Virus record (IMG/VR): IMGVR_UViG_3300017963_000033
Span: 15,320-79,319 of that record
Direction: 5' to 3' (one strand)
Origin: a virus
DNA length: 64,000 bases
The notes under the pieces: generated by a model
Database searches by the model: none
What the model saw: only the letters and a program-made list of their open reading frames with translations
Told to the model about the DNA's origin: nothing
Program-made: the position numbers and the translations under genes
Shown: piece by piece, positions 9,408-18,128 of the stretch
Position numbering within the stretch: position 1 is the stretch's first letter
How the letters are laid out: the number at the start of each line of letters is the position of its first letter

Positions 9408-10156
9408 TGCCGACAACGCTTTACAATGGAGACATCGAACTGGACTTTGACGCGAGGAAACACACCTACACCCTAAACGGGATCAAGGTGCCCAGTGTCA
9501 CAAAAATCACAGGAGTCCTTGACAAGCCCGCCCTCCAACATTGGGCGGTGAACACGACCCTGGACCATCTCAGGGACACCCTCCAGGCAGACACCCCATA
9601 CACGGCTGAACAGATCCAGGGCATCCTCGATGATGCCAAGGGAGCCAGGTGGCGGCAGTCCAGGGAGGCGCTGAACATCGGCGGGGATGCCCACGATTGG
9701 ATTGAACGCTACGTCAAGGCCAAACTCCTGAACATCTCAGGGGCCGAGATGCCCACCTATCCCCCTACCCTGGCAGCCGTCAAATCCTTTCTGGCATGGG
9801 AACAGGAGCACGAGGTCCACTGGGTTGCCTCCGAGCGCAAGGTCTATTCCAGGCTGCACAACTATTGCGGCACCCTCGATGCCCTGGCCGTGCTGAATGG
9901 GGTCCTGACCGTAATTGACTTCAAGACATCGTCTGGGATCTATCCAGAGATGTACTTGCAGGTCGTCGCCTACGCCCAGGCGGTAGGCGAGGAGGACGGC
10001 ATCACCATCGGGGACGTGGCTATCGTGCGCATCCCCAAGGATGGGGAGATGGTAGAGGTTGCCATGTCGGCTGACAGCGGTCAGACGATGATGCAACTGT
10101 TCACTACGTTCCTGCACTGCCTGGGGATCTACCAGTGGAAGGAGGCAACCAAATGA
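9407..10156 (+). CDS. PD-(D/E)XK exonuclease (Cas4/RecB-like)
   Basis: PSVTKI, G..H, GTLD, VIDFKTS, QVVAY. Confidence 0.85.
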   Translation: MPTTLYNGDIELDFDARKHTYTLNGIKVPSVTKITGVLDKPALQHWAVNTTLDHLRDTLQADTPYTAEQIQGILDDAKGARWRQSREALNIGGDAHDWIERYVKAKLLNISGAEMPTYPPTLAAVKSFLAWEQEHEVHWVASERKVYSRLHNYCGTLDALAVLNGVLTVIDFKTSSGIYPEMYLQVVAYAQAVGEEDGITIGDVAIVRIPKDGEMVEVAMSADSGQTMMQLFTTFLHCLGIYQWKEATK

Positions 10157-10320
10157 CTGTATCAAAGGTACTCATTATTTTATGTTCCTTTTTCCTAGCC
10201 TATACAGTCAAAATATTACTTTTTCCTAACGATTCTGAAAGATATAAACAGGCTGTTGGCTTGCTATCTATATCTACAATCTTGGCACTGGTTGCCTATT
10301 TTGTCCAAGTGGCGGTATGA
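10153..10320 (+). CDS. small 2-TM protein, low GC
   Basis: SD GGAGG; two hydrophobic segments. Confidence 0.55.
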   Translation: MTVSKVLIILCSFFLAYTVKILLFPNDSERYKQAVGLLSISTILALVAYFVQVAV

Positions 10321-10324
10321 TCAA

Positions 10325-10621
10325 ATGTCCACACTACTCGACATCGGCAGCACATTCGACTGGATCACGCCGCTCATAGCAATGATTCGGGATGTGGTAG
10401 ACGGGCCGTCTCACACCTTCATTATCCCCTATGATTGTGGATGGAGCGGAAGAGAGATTGTTCGATTACTCAAGAGACGGGGTGTTAGCAGTTGGGGACA
10501 CATGATTGTCAATCAGCAGTTTATGATCACAGTGCGACAACAGCAAGCACAATGGGCTTATCATATCCTGACACGGGCAGGGATTTCCGTAGAGTATAGA
10601 GTCACTGACAATACGGGATAG
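10325..10621 (+). CDS. hypothetical protein
   Basis: ORF inside the repeat-flanked insert. Confidence 0.55.
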   Translation: MSTLLDIGSTFDWITPLIAMIRDVVDGPSHTFIIPYDCGWSGREIVRLLKRRGVSSWGHMIVNQQFMITVRQQQAQWAYHILTRAGISVEYRVTDNTG

Positions 10622-10677
10622 ATTGATCCCCTGCATTGTCTGGGGATCTACTAGTGGAAGGAGGCAACTAGTAGACT

Positions 10678-11301
10678 ATGATTTTATTGACCCACCTATC
10701 GTCGCCAACTTATAGAATCCTAGCCACCATGCTACCAAATCATTTTGGTAGCCTCATTCAGCCCAGATCGTATACTCACAAAGCGGCGATTGTCGAGGGC
10801 TGCTGGCGGGCAGCGGACAATGACGCATATAATAAATTCAACGCCGAGAGATTCCAAACTATGTTGAAGGTTCACCGGCCCTATTTGTCCCGATGCCTCT
10901 TTGTAGTTGCCCCAGATTCAGTAGGGGATCACGAGGCAACGCTGGCATTCTGGCACAATTGGAAGCGGACAATAAGCTACGCAGGATACCCTGCCGCCTT
11001 CGTGGCACAGGATGGATGCACAATCAAAGACGTTCCCTGGTCCGAGGCAGATGCTCTTTTTATCGGAGGACATGATCAATTCAAAGACAGTGATGCCATG
11101 CCCATTATCCGAGAGGCCAAGCGGCGGGGGCTGTGGGTGCATGTTGGCCGGGTAAACGATAGCCCGCGCCGTCTGCGTTACTGCCTAGAATTGTCCGTCG
11201 ATTCAATCGACGGGACGGCATACGCGCAGAAACCAGACAAGATGCTGCGCTGGTATTTGAATCAGCGGGCGACATACGCAAGCCAAGGGAGGTTATTGTG
11301 A
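10678..11301 (+). CDS. TGT/DpdA-like TIM-barrel protein (copy 1)
   Basis: ADNDAY, VAPD, AQDG, FIGG, VHVGRVN, SIDGT; coupled to a VUT transporter. Confidence 0.6.
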   Translation: MILLTHLSSPTYRILATMLPNHFGSLIQPRSYTHKAAIVEGCWRAADNDAYNKFNAERFQTMLKVHRPYLSRCLFVVAPDSVGDHEATLAFWHNWKRTISYAGYPAAFVAQDGCTIKDVPWSEADALFIGGHDQFKDSDAMPIIREAKRRGLWVHVGRVNDSPRRLRYCLELSVDSIDGTAYAQKPDKMLRWYLNQRATYASQGRLL

Positions 11302-11807
11302 TCTATATAATTTTGTACCTCGTCGCCATCGTCTTTGCCAACCTGGCCGTTGCTTGGTTCGGGCCTGGCGTGTCGGTGGTCAATGCATTCCTATTCATCG
11401 GCCTGGACCTGACTGCCCGCGACAAACTGCATGATGCCTGGCACAAGCGCGGCCTCGTGTGGAAGATGACTGCACTGATCGCCACCGGCTCGCTGCTGTC
11501 CTGGGCGCTGAACCGCAACGCCGGGCCGGTTGCGTTGGCCTCGTTTGTCGCGTTCGCTGGGGCTGGCCTGGTGGATGCCATTGTCTACCACTTGCTGGGC
11601 GACCGGGCAAAGCTGCTCAAGATCAATGGCAGCAACGTGGCAAGCGCGGCGGTGGATAGCGTGATCTTCCCCGCGCTGGCGTTCGGATTCCCGCTGATGG
11701 TTGGCGTGATGCTGGGCCAGTTTGTCGCCAAGGTCGGCGGTGGCTTCCTCTGGTCGCTAGTGCTGAACTGGCGACCACAGCGCAAAGTCAAGGGGGAGGC
11801 GCAATAA
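11298..11807 (+). CDS. VUT/YhhQ-family queuosine-precursor transporter (copy 1)
   Basis: YLVAIVFAN, ARDKLHD, ALASFVAF, SNVASAAVDSVIF, GQFVAK. Confidence 0.82.
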   Translation: MIYIILYLVAIVFANLAVAWFGPGVSVVNAFLFIGLDLTARDKLHDAWHKRGLVWKMTALIATGSLLSWALNRNAGPVALASFVAFAGAGLVDAIVYHLLGDRAKLLKINGSNVASAAVDSVIFPALAFGFPLMVGVMLGQFVAKVGGGFLWSLVLNWRPQRKVKGEAQ

Positions 11808-11883
11808 ACTGCCCAGCCTACTATCTCCACCAGCCACTTCTGAGGAAAGAAAAAAGGTCAAGTACAAGTTTGGGCGGCTGTGT

Positions 11884-11957
11884 TCATCACTTACAGGACT
11901 TGAACCTGTAACCAAACGTTCCTGATACGTTCGCGCTGCCAATTGCGCTAAAGTGTG
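11884..11957 (-). tRNA. atypical tRNA-like gene, anticodon CAG, short variable loop
   Basis: GCGC D-stem, AACGT/ACGTT anticodon stem, GGTTCAAGTCC T-arm; bulged acceptor stem, no CCA. Confidence 0.65.
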
Positions 11958-11994
11958 TAAGCCACCACCAGGTTAGGGTACTCGACCCGCAAGA

Positions 11995-12023
11995 AGTATA
12001 CCCCACTTTCCCAAAGATGTCAA
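11995..12023 (-). promoter_or_regulatory. sigma70-type promoter for the tRNA-like gene
   Basis: TTGACA-17-TATACT on minus strand. Confidence 0.8.
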
Positions 12024-12032
12024 ATTGGGGTC

Positions 12033-12061
12033 TTGACAGGCGCTGGAATCTGTGATATACT
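12033..12061 (+). promoter_or_regulatory. sigma70-type promoter of the membrane/FtsK operon
   Basis: TTGACA-17-TATACT; 32/34 identical to the promoter region 4718-4751. Confidence 0.8.
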
Positions 12062-12093
12062 GTCTGTGTAATGACATTGTGCGGAGGGAATAC

Positions 12094-12300
12094 ATGGGAG
12101 AGCAAGACACAATAGGAAAACAGGATGTGACGCTGACAATCAGGCTCGGGTTGCCGTTGCGGAAACAGGCATCAGCCAAGGCCATAAGGGATGGCTTTAG
12201 CCTGTCAGGGGTTGTGCGAACACTCCTACGCAGATACGTGGCGGGGGACATCCAGATCGAGACAACGGTCACGATGTCTGAGGAGAAGGATGATGGATAG
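12094..12300 (+). CDS. ribbon-helix-helix regulator
   Basis: TLTIRL..LRKQASAKA..SLSGVVRTLLRRYV. Confidence 0.7.
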   Translation: MGEQDTIGKQDVTLTIRLGLPLRKQASAKAIRDGFSLSGVVRTLLRRYVAGDIQIETTVTMSEEKDDG

Positions 12301-13000
12301 GCTCATCAACGCCGCCAGGAAATTCGATGCCGTGGACGCCATCGCCAAGTCAATCCCCTGGCTGTCGCCCATTCCCTCGGCCTACTTTGTCGCCCGCTCA
12401 GGAATGGCCCACCTGAGCCTGCCCCTGCCAGTGGCCATCGTCGTCGCTGCCATCATCGAAACTCTTGGACTCGCCACCGTCAACAGCGCCTTGGTTCTCT
12501 ACGACTGGAACGTCCAAAAGCGCAAGAACGACCCGAAAGCACCGACCTGGATTGCCCTGGCCCTGGCAGGGGTTTATATCATCGCCACCCTGTTGTTGGT
12601 GGTGTTCTTGGAAGTGTTTCCGTTCCTGGCCACATACGCGCCTGGCCTCTTTCCGTTCCTGGCCATCGTCGGCGCGGTCAACCTGGCAGTCCTATCTCAG
12701 CACAAGCACCGTGTCGCCTCGGTGGATGAAGCCAAGGCTGAGGCCAAGGCCGGGAGGGAGCGCAGGAAGCGGGAAAAGGAGAGGGAGGAAGCTGAGGCGG
12801 CATTGCCACCGACACAGGTAGCGCAAGTCTCTGACTGGCGGCTGCTGGTGAATGATGGAGCCCTCGATCACATGAACGGCGACCGCCTGGACGCCACCAC
12901 GGTTGCCGAGATTCTGGCCCAGAACGGTTATGCACAGCCCTCCATGCGGGCCATGCAGGGATGGGCCAAGAATTGGAACGATGAAAAGGAGACCAGCTGA
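12293..13000 (+). CDS. multi-TM protein with coiled coil and C-terminal HTH-like tail (Spd/DUF2637-like architecture)
   Basis: ~4 hydrophobic segments, charged helix, terminal helical domain. Confidence 0.55.
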   Translation: MDRLINAARKFDAVDAIAKSIPWLSPIPSAYFVARSGMAHLSLPLPVAIVVAAIIETLGLATVNSALVLYDWNVQKRKNDPKAPTWIALALAGVYIIATLLLVVFLEVFPFLATYAPGLFPFLAIVGAVNLAVLSQHKHRVASVDEAKAEAKAGRERRKREKEREEAEAALPPTQVAQVSDWRLLVNDGALDHMNGDRLDATTVAEILAQNGYAQPSMRAMQGWAKNWNDEKETS

Positions 13001-13043
13001 GAGGAGACACTACTGCGGAATTCAGGGATGGGAGACGAGGACA

Positions 13044-13223
13044 ATGGATGAAGATGGAACCGGGGAACTGACGTTTGACGAGGTTGACATGCAGGACATG
13101 ATTGACGATTGGTCGCGGATCTATGCCGAGGGTGTACGCGTTGACGGCTGGTATTATGACTGCCGGTCGGCCACCGTGATTATCCGGCTGATTATCGAAG
13201 AGGGAGAGGACACCGACGCATGA
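13044..13223 (+). CDS. small acidic hypothetical protein
   Basis: SD, ATGA overlap. Confidence 0.5.
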   Translation: MDEDGTGELTFDEVDMQDMIDDWSRIYAEGVRVDGWYYDCRSATVIIRLIIEEGEDTDA

Positions 13224-13531
13224 CACTAAGCTGGGGCCTGATGTGGTATGACGGAGATCCCAAGAAACCATTCATGGACAAGGTGGGCCAGGCTGCCCGG
13301 CGCTATCGGGAGAAATATGGGCACTGGCCCAACACCTGCTACGTCCATCCCAACATGGTAGAAACAGACCCGGTGCTGACCCCGGTTGATGGGAGGGGGT
13401 CGGGCACAACCATTCGGGTCACCACAGCGCCCAACATCCTGCTCCATCATTTCTGGCTGGGGGAGGCACAGGATGCCAGTGGGCAACCGGCTGCCCAACT
13501 GTCACTCCATGGGTTGCGCCATGAAGTTTGA
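13220..13531 (+). CDS. conserved hypothetical protein of a type I recall from Chloroflexota
   Basis: GLMWYD.D..KV.QAARRY..KYG..PN.CYVHP. Confidence 0.6.
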   Translation: MTLSWGLMWYDGDPKKPFMDKVGQAARRYREKYGHWPNTCYVHPNMVETDPVLTPVDGRGSGTTIRVTTAPNILLHHFWLGEAQDASGQPAAQLSLHGLRHEV

Positions 13532-13655
13532 GATTGATCGCAAGCGCCGGCTAAAATGGACCGTCCAGGATCTACTCTGGACCAATACACCTTGGTTCCT
13601 GCTCTTGGTGGTAGGAACCATCGTGGCGGTAGTCATTTCAGGAAAGGCAGAATGA
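13521..13655 (+). CDS. small single-TM protein
   Basis: C-terminal hydrophobic helix; fills the operon gap. Confidence 0.45.
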   Translation: MKFEIDRKRRLKWTVQDLLWTNTPWFLLLVVGTIVAVVISGKAE

Positions 13656-14326
13656 GCAAGAGGGTCCAGTCCACAAGCCAGAAAGATACAGACCGGCTCA
13701 TCGTGGAGCATGTCCAGGGACCAAAGATCCGGGGGGTGGATCTCGAGATGGGGGACAAGACCGACAGGACGGTGGGAATTGTCCTGGCCATTGTCTTTGC
13801 CCTGGCTGCCATCTTTGCTTGCGGGGCCTTGTCTGGCACGTCCACAAGCAGCCCAAGCAGAAGTAGCAAGCCCTGGGAGGGATGGGCCTATGTGCTCCCT
13901 GTCGTGGGCATCCTCCTCGCCATCCTGGCGCTGATGGTCCTTGTCTATCTCGGGGCCAGGATGTATCTGTCCCTGGCGCGTCTTTATGCGGAAGTCAACG
14001 CCCAGGACATTCAAGCCCGCGTGGTGCCGGCAGATGCCAACGGGAGCAAGGGGATGTTTGTCACCGGGGATAAGCGCGGAGCCGTAAACCTAGACGCACT
14101 GCCAGGGGCCACAGTCACCGGCCTTCACAAGGCAGATAAGGTTGTGGTGCCCGAGCCGGCAACCGAAGCCGAACAGCAGGCAGCCAACCAGGACAAGATG
14201 ATCCGTCTTGCTACTGCTGCGCGGGCCATCCCCCCGCTTGGAGCGCCGAAACCGCCCCCTCAGATTCGGGAAGTGTCACCCGACTCGGAGGAGGTCGGAT
14301 GGCTGGTGGATGGGAGAGAAGAGTGA
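13652..14326 (+). CDS. 2-TM membrane protein
   Basis: two TM helices, Pro-rich tail. Confidence 0.65.
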   Translation: MSKRVQSTSQKDTDRLIVEHVQGPKIRGVDLEMGDKTDRTVGIVLAIVFALAAIFACGALSGTSTSSPSRSSKPWEGWAYVLPVVGILLAILALMVLVYLGARMYLSLARLYAEVNAQDIQARVVPADANGSKGMFVTGDKRGAVNLDALPGATVTGLHKADKVVVPEPATEAEQQAANQDKMIRLATAARAIPPLGAPKPPPQIREVSPDSEEVGWLVDGREE

Positions 14327-14952
14327 GACCATACATTGACTTTGTGTCAGGTGAAAACACAGACAAGATCCCTGACTGGTTCACTGCCCAGCGTGAGGAG
14401 ATTGATTGCCCATTCTGTGGACGAAAAGGATATGCCTGGAAACAGGAATATGCTCCTGCTACCTGGAACCAATGTCATCACTCTATCATTGCAGATGAGA
14501 ATGGAATGATGGATGCAGATCATTGCAAGATGGGTTATCTTGTATGGCCTTTGTTCTCAGGAGAAGAGGAACCTCACATTGAGGACTGGGGACTTGGACA
14601 ACGATTCATTAAGAATATTCCCAGCCGAGACAGGTTGCCAGAGCACTTGTGGCAGTACCTGAACGGCGAGGGGAAGCGTAAAGGACTTGCCACGTGCTTG
14701 ATCTGTGACGATTCATGGTTCTGGAAACTGCCGCATCACATCAAACCACTGAAAGGATATGCGGGACCGTTTCCCTATTGTGAGGAATGCAACCAGCAAT
14801 TCGGTCGATTCAGGCACATTCAGGCCATGCTAAGATTGTGGCGGGAATGGCTTGCCTGTTGTTATCGGGAAAGCCTGCGCAGCGTCGAGTATCGGCGTGT
14901 AACACGCACAACGCTGAATGCAGTCCTGGGCATTATGGCGCATGGAGGATAG
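14323..14952 (+). CDS. Cys-rich hypothetical protein
   Basis: GTGA overlap, CxxC motifs. Confidence 0.55.
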   Translation: MRPYIDFVSGENTDKIPDWFTAQREEIDCPFCGRKGYAWKQEYAPATWNQCHHSIIADENGMMDADHCKMGYLVWPLFSGEEEPHIEDWGLGQRFIKNIPSRDRLPEHLWQYLNGEGKRKGLATCLICDDSWFWKLPHHIKPLKGYAGPFPYCEECNQQFGRFRHIQAMLRLWREWLACCYRESLRSVEYRRVTRTTLNAVLGIMAHGG

Positions 14953-16314
14953 GTGAATCCACGGCAGGTTGAACAGCGGGTGACTGATGCCCTCACACAA
15001 CTGAAACTGTGCCATCGAGAACGTGGCGTCGTCCGGGGCCAGGTGTCCTTTACGGACATCTGGCACTGTGAGGATGTCCATGGGCGAGGCCCCGTGGTGG
15101 GCCTCGTGGTTGATGTTGCCAACCTGCCGCTGGGGGTAGACGCGGGAACCCTGACCAGTATCAAGACCCTGCACCACCTGGAAACGGTTCTGGAATGCAC
15201 CATCAAGTGCCAGAACACCAAAGGTATTACCTATGCCGTGTTCCTAGATGAGCCACCCGATTCCAACATCCCAGACGCAGTGCCCTTCACCATGGAGGAC
15301 CGCCCCGAGGGAGACTACATGATTCCCCTGGGCGTCGGTCCTACCGGGCCGGTGTGGAAGAGCCTGACCGAACTTGACTCCATCCTGGTGGCCGGCACCC
15401 GCCGCATGGGCAAGTCCACCTGGGTCAACTCGGTCCTCGCCGCGCTGCTCAAGCACCACACCCCCGAGCAACTAAAGCTGGCCATCATCGACCCCAAGCG
15501 GGTGGATTTTGGGGCCTGGGCCGCAGCTCCGCACTTGTTGTGGGAGATTGCCAGAGAGGCCCATGAGGCGGCCTTGTTATTGGAACAGATGTTCAAAGAG
15601 ATGAACATGCGTTCGGCGGCCATCATCGCTGCCAAGTGCGCAAACATTGACGACTACAACAAGATTGCGGAGCAGCCCATGCCCCGCATCCTAATCGTCT
15701 GCGACGAGGCTGCATACCTCCAGGAAGTGGGGGAGGATGCCATCCAGATGCTGTCCCAGATCCTCAGCCTGGGCGGGGCCTTTGGCATCCATGTGATTGT
15801 TTCGACCCAGCGCCCGGATGCCCAAAGCATTTCCAGCCTGCTCAAGGCCAATCTGCCGGTACGCATCAGCTTTTGGTTCCAGGCCCCTATCAACTATCGC
15901 ATTGCCCTGGAGCCACCGCAGGGGGCGCGGGTGCCGCGCATCCCCTATCACAAGGGACGATTCGTCCTATCCATCGACCATGCCTACCAGGTGCTCCAGG
16001 GCTATCGCCTGGACAACGAGGCCCTTTGGGCGCTGGCCGAGGAGGTCCAGGCCGGGCGGTCGCTGCCCATTCCGATGCGCCACCTGGAGATGATGCGCTG
16101 GGCGCGAGATGAAAACGAGGGTTATCTGTCCATTGCTGCTGTGGACAATTTCCTGGGAGAACGGCGGGAAGGAGAACCCTCCCGCAAGAAACTGTGCAAG
16201 GACTATGAGCGGGCGGGATGGCTGGAGAAGGACCCCCAGAAGAACAACGCTCGGCGGCTGACCATCCGGGCGGTTGGAATTCTTGAGAGGTTCGAGGATC
16301 TATGGCAACAATGA
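14953..16314 (+). CDS. FtsK/SpoIIIE-family ATPase with C-terminal wHTH-like domain
   Basis: AGTRRMGKS, IIDPKRVDF, IVCDEAA, STQRPD, LKANL. Confidence 0.9.
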   Translation: MNPRQVEQRVTDALTQLKLCHRERGVVRGQVSFTDIWHCEDVHGRGPVVGLVVDVANLPLGVDAGTLTSIKTLHHLETVLECTIKCQNTKGITYAVFLDEPPDSNIPDAVPFTMEDRPEGDYMIPLGVGPTGPVWKSLTELDSILVAGTRRMGKSTWVNSVLAALLKHHTPEQLKLAIIDPKRVDFGAWAAAPHLLWEIAREAHEAALLLEQMFKEMNMRSAAIIAAKCANIDDYNKIAEQPMPRILIVCDEAAYLQEVGEDAIQMLSQILSLGGAFGIHVIVSTQRPDAQSISSLLKANLPVRISFWFQAPINYRIALEPPQGARVPRIPYHKGRFVLSIDHAYQVLQGYRLDNEALWALAEEVQAGRSLPIPMRHLEMMRWARDENEGYLSIAAVDNFLGERREGEPSRKKLCKDYERAGWLEKDPQKNNARRLTIRAVGILERFEDLWQQ

Positions 16315-16508
16315 TAGAAAAAGTGATGTCCTTCATAGGTGCCATAGCAATCGGTGTGGCAATCATGCTGAATGTCACGGCATTGATAGCCTCTATCAAA
16401 GGGAATATGGAGACCATCAATATCATCGGTGCTGCACTTTTTGCTTTGGCGGTCGGCCTGTCTTTTCTGTATATCGCAAAGGAAACACTGGATAGAATTC
16501 TGTCTTGA
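16302..16508 (+). CDS. small 2-TM protein
   Basis: two hydrophobic helices. Confidence 0.55.
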   Translation: MATMIEKVMSFIGAIAIGVAIMLNVTALIASIKGNMETINIIGAALFALAVGLSFLYIAKETLDRILS

Positions 16509-16519
16509 AAGGAGACATA

Positions 16520-17440
16520 ATGGCTGAACTGTGGATGGAAACAGACGTTGAGAAAGCGAGAACCTATGCTGCCCCACCGAAGGTGCGAATGTATGCTGCA
16601 CAAGAGTTTGCAATTGCCTCACCAGTCGAGGCAACATCCTTGATGCACAAACTGGAACAATCGCCAAGCAAGCCCCTGCTGGCATCAGCATTCACAGCAG
16701 GGGAAATCAGCATCATCCTCCAGCAAGGAAGATTTGTTCTTGCCGAAAAGTTGGGGGTTCGCGGGCTGACGCTGGATGATCTGGCATTGTTGTATGTCGT
16801 GGACAGTTTCGCCCTACTTCTCTGGCAGGTAGGCCGCACAGAACCCTTGCAACAAAGCATCAACGCTGGTTCAATGCCATCTGTGTCGCAGTCCATTTCC
16901 ACTGCTCGCCAAGCGGCTGCCGCCGCTGCAATTGCTGCTGCCAGCCAAAGACAGATTGATTTTATGCCCATGCAGATGCCACGGGCACATAGGGTTCGTG
17001 CTCCGCGCTTGCGCCGGCAACGAGCACAAATTCCCCACAGTGATCCAGTCTTGGTGCTAGACCTACGACCTGGCAGACTCGATCTTGATGCTTACTACAA
17101 GGCCCAACGGAAATGGTGGGGAGCCTTCACCAATGGTGGAAACAAGGGTACTAGAATGGGTCTTAGGGATGCCAATAGGAAACTGGAAAGATTGGTAGAG
17201 ACAACCAATAGTACCCCAGGCATCAGGCCACGGGCACGATTACTCCTGAATCAGGAATTTGCCAGGGTACGCGCCGATCTGGCAAGTATGCCGCAAATAG
17301 GAAGTTTCCAACGCCAACAAATAGATGATTTCACCATCGACAGGGTTTTCAGGGCTATATTCTATCTCATCTTTTTCGGTGCCATATTGGCAGCAACTTG
17401 CGCAATGCTGTATGGCATCTTTCACTTGATCATGATGTGA
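16520..17440 (+). CDS. hypothetical protein with C-terminal TM
   Basis: SD AAAGGAGA; terminal hydrophobic helix. Confidence 0.65.
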   Translation: MAELWMETDVEKARTYAAPPKVRMYAAQEFAIASPVEATSLMHKLEQSPSKPLLASAFTAGEISIILQQGRFVLAEKLGVRGLTLDDLALLYVVDSFALLLWQVGRTEPLQQSINAGSMPSVSQSISTARQAAAAAAIAAASQRQIDFMPMQMPRAHRVRAPRLRRQRAQIPHSDPVLVLDLRPGRLDLDAYYKAQRKWWGAFTNGGNKGTRMGLRDANRKLERLVETTNSTPGIRPRARLLLNQEFARVRADLASMPQIGSFQRQQIDDFTIDRVFRAIFYLIFFGAILAATCAMLYGIFHLIMM

Positions 17441-18074
17441 GGACAGGCACTGGGCCTGACCAGAAAGGAGACTCTGAATGAGTGAGCGTTTAGGAGGATG
17501 CGCGGAGGCGTTGCGCGTCGTGGCCTTGATTGTGTTGGTAGTTGGCCTTGTCGTCCTCATCGGGCTGGGCATCATCGTTTATGGAGATGCCCATGAGAAG
17601 CGGAGTGCCGCCATCGACACTCAGGCCAGGGAGAAAACAGCCCAGACGGAGATTGCCTGGAACGGGATAACCGAACGCACCGCCACCGAAGAGGAAGGCA
17701 AGACTAAGCGCACTGCCATCGAAGAGGAAGGCAAGACTGAGCGCCAGTTGAACCAGTTGAACCATGAGAAATTTCTACTGATCTGGGCAGAACAATCCTG
17801 GGAACAACGGCTTGTCATGTTGGCTGAAATCACCAGAGGTATGACCTCAGAGGAGCGCCAAGCACTCCTGCACATGATGAACGCCTATGAGGCTGGAAAC
17901 ACTGCTGAGGATCGCAATTGGACCCAAATCTTCGCCTGGGCATGGGCAATCTTCGGTGCCATCCTGGTGTTTTGGTTCCTGGGACGCCCATTGCTCAAGC
18001 GGGTCTTTATCTCTATGCCATGGGGATGGTAGTGAGCAGTGGTGGACAGGCACTGGGCCTGACCAGAAAGGAGA
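17441..18074 (+). repeat. perfect 31-bp direct repeat (17441-17471 and 18044-18074) flanking one gene
   Basis: GGACAGGCACTGGGCCTGACCAGAAAGGAGA twice. Confidence 0.9.
17478..18032 (+). CDS. 2-TM coiled-coil membrane protein
   Basis: TM at both ends; internal 11-aa duplication (RTAxEEEGKTx). Confidence 0.65.
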   Translation: MSERLGGCAEALRVVALIVLVVGLVVLIGLGIIVYGDAHEKRSAAIDTQAREKTAQTEIAWNGITERTATEEEGKTKRTAIEEEGKTERQLNQLNHEKFLLIWAEQSWEQRLVMLAEITRGMTSEERQALLHMMNAYEAGNTAEDRNWTQIFAWAWAIFGAILVFWFLGRPLLKRVFISMPWGW

Positions 18075-18128
18075 TTGCAAATCCTTTAATCAAACTGATT
18101 GCCTAGCTGACAAACAAACAAAGTGGTG

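Larger units (their letters stand above)
10111..10668 (+). repeat. 39-bp direct repeat (10111-10149 and 10630-10668) flanking two genes
   Basis: 36/39 identical; all three differences are C to T. Confidence 0.85.

Noticed and set aside
9407-10156. Cas4 of a CRISPR-Cas locus
   Set aside because: No cas genes, array or Fe-S cysteine set; an ordinary phage exonuclease
11884-11957. tRNA as attP/attB or as a canonical TGT substrate
   Set aside because: No integrase or duplicated 3' end in the window; the anticodon loop lacks the UGU that canonical TGT needs
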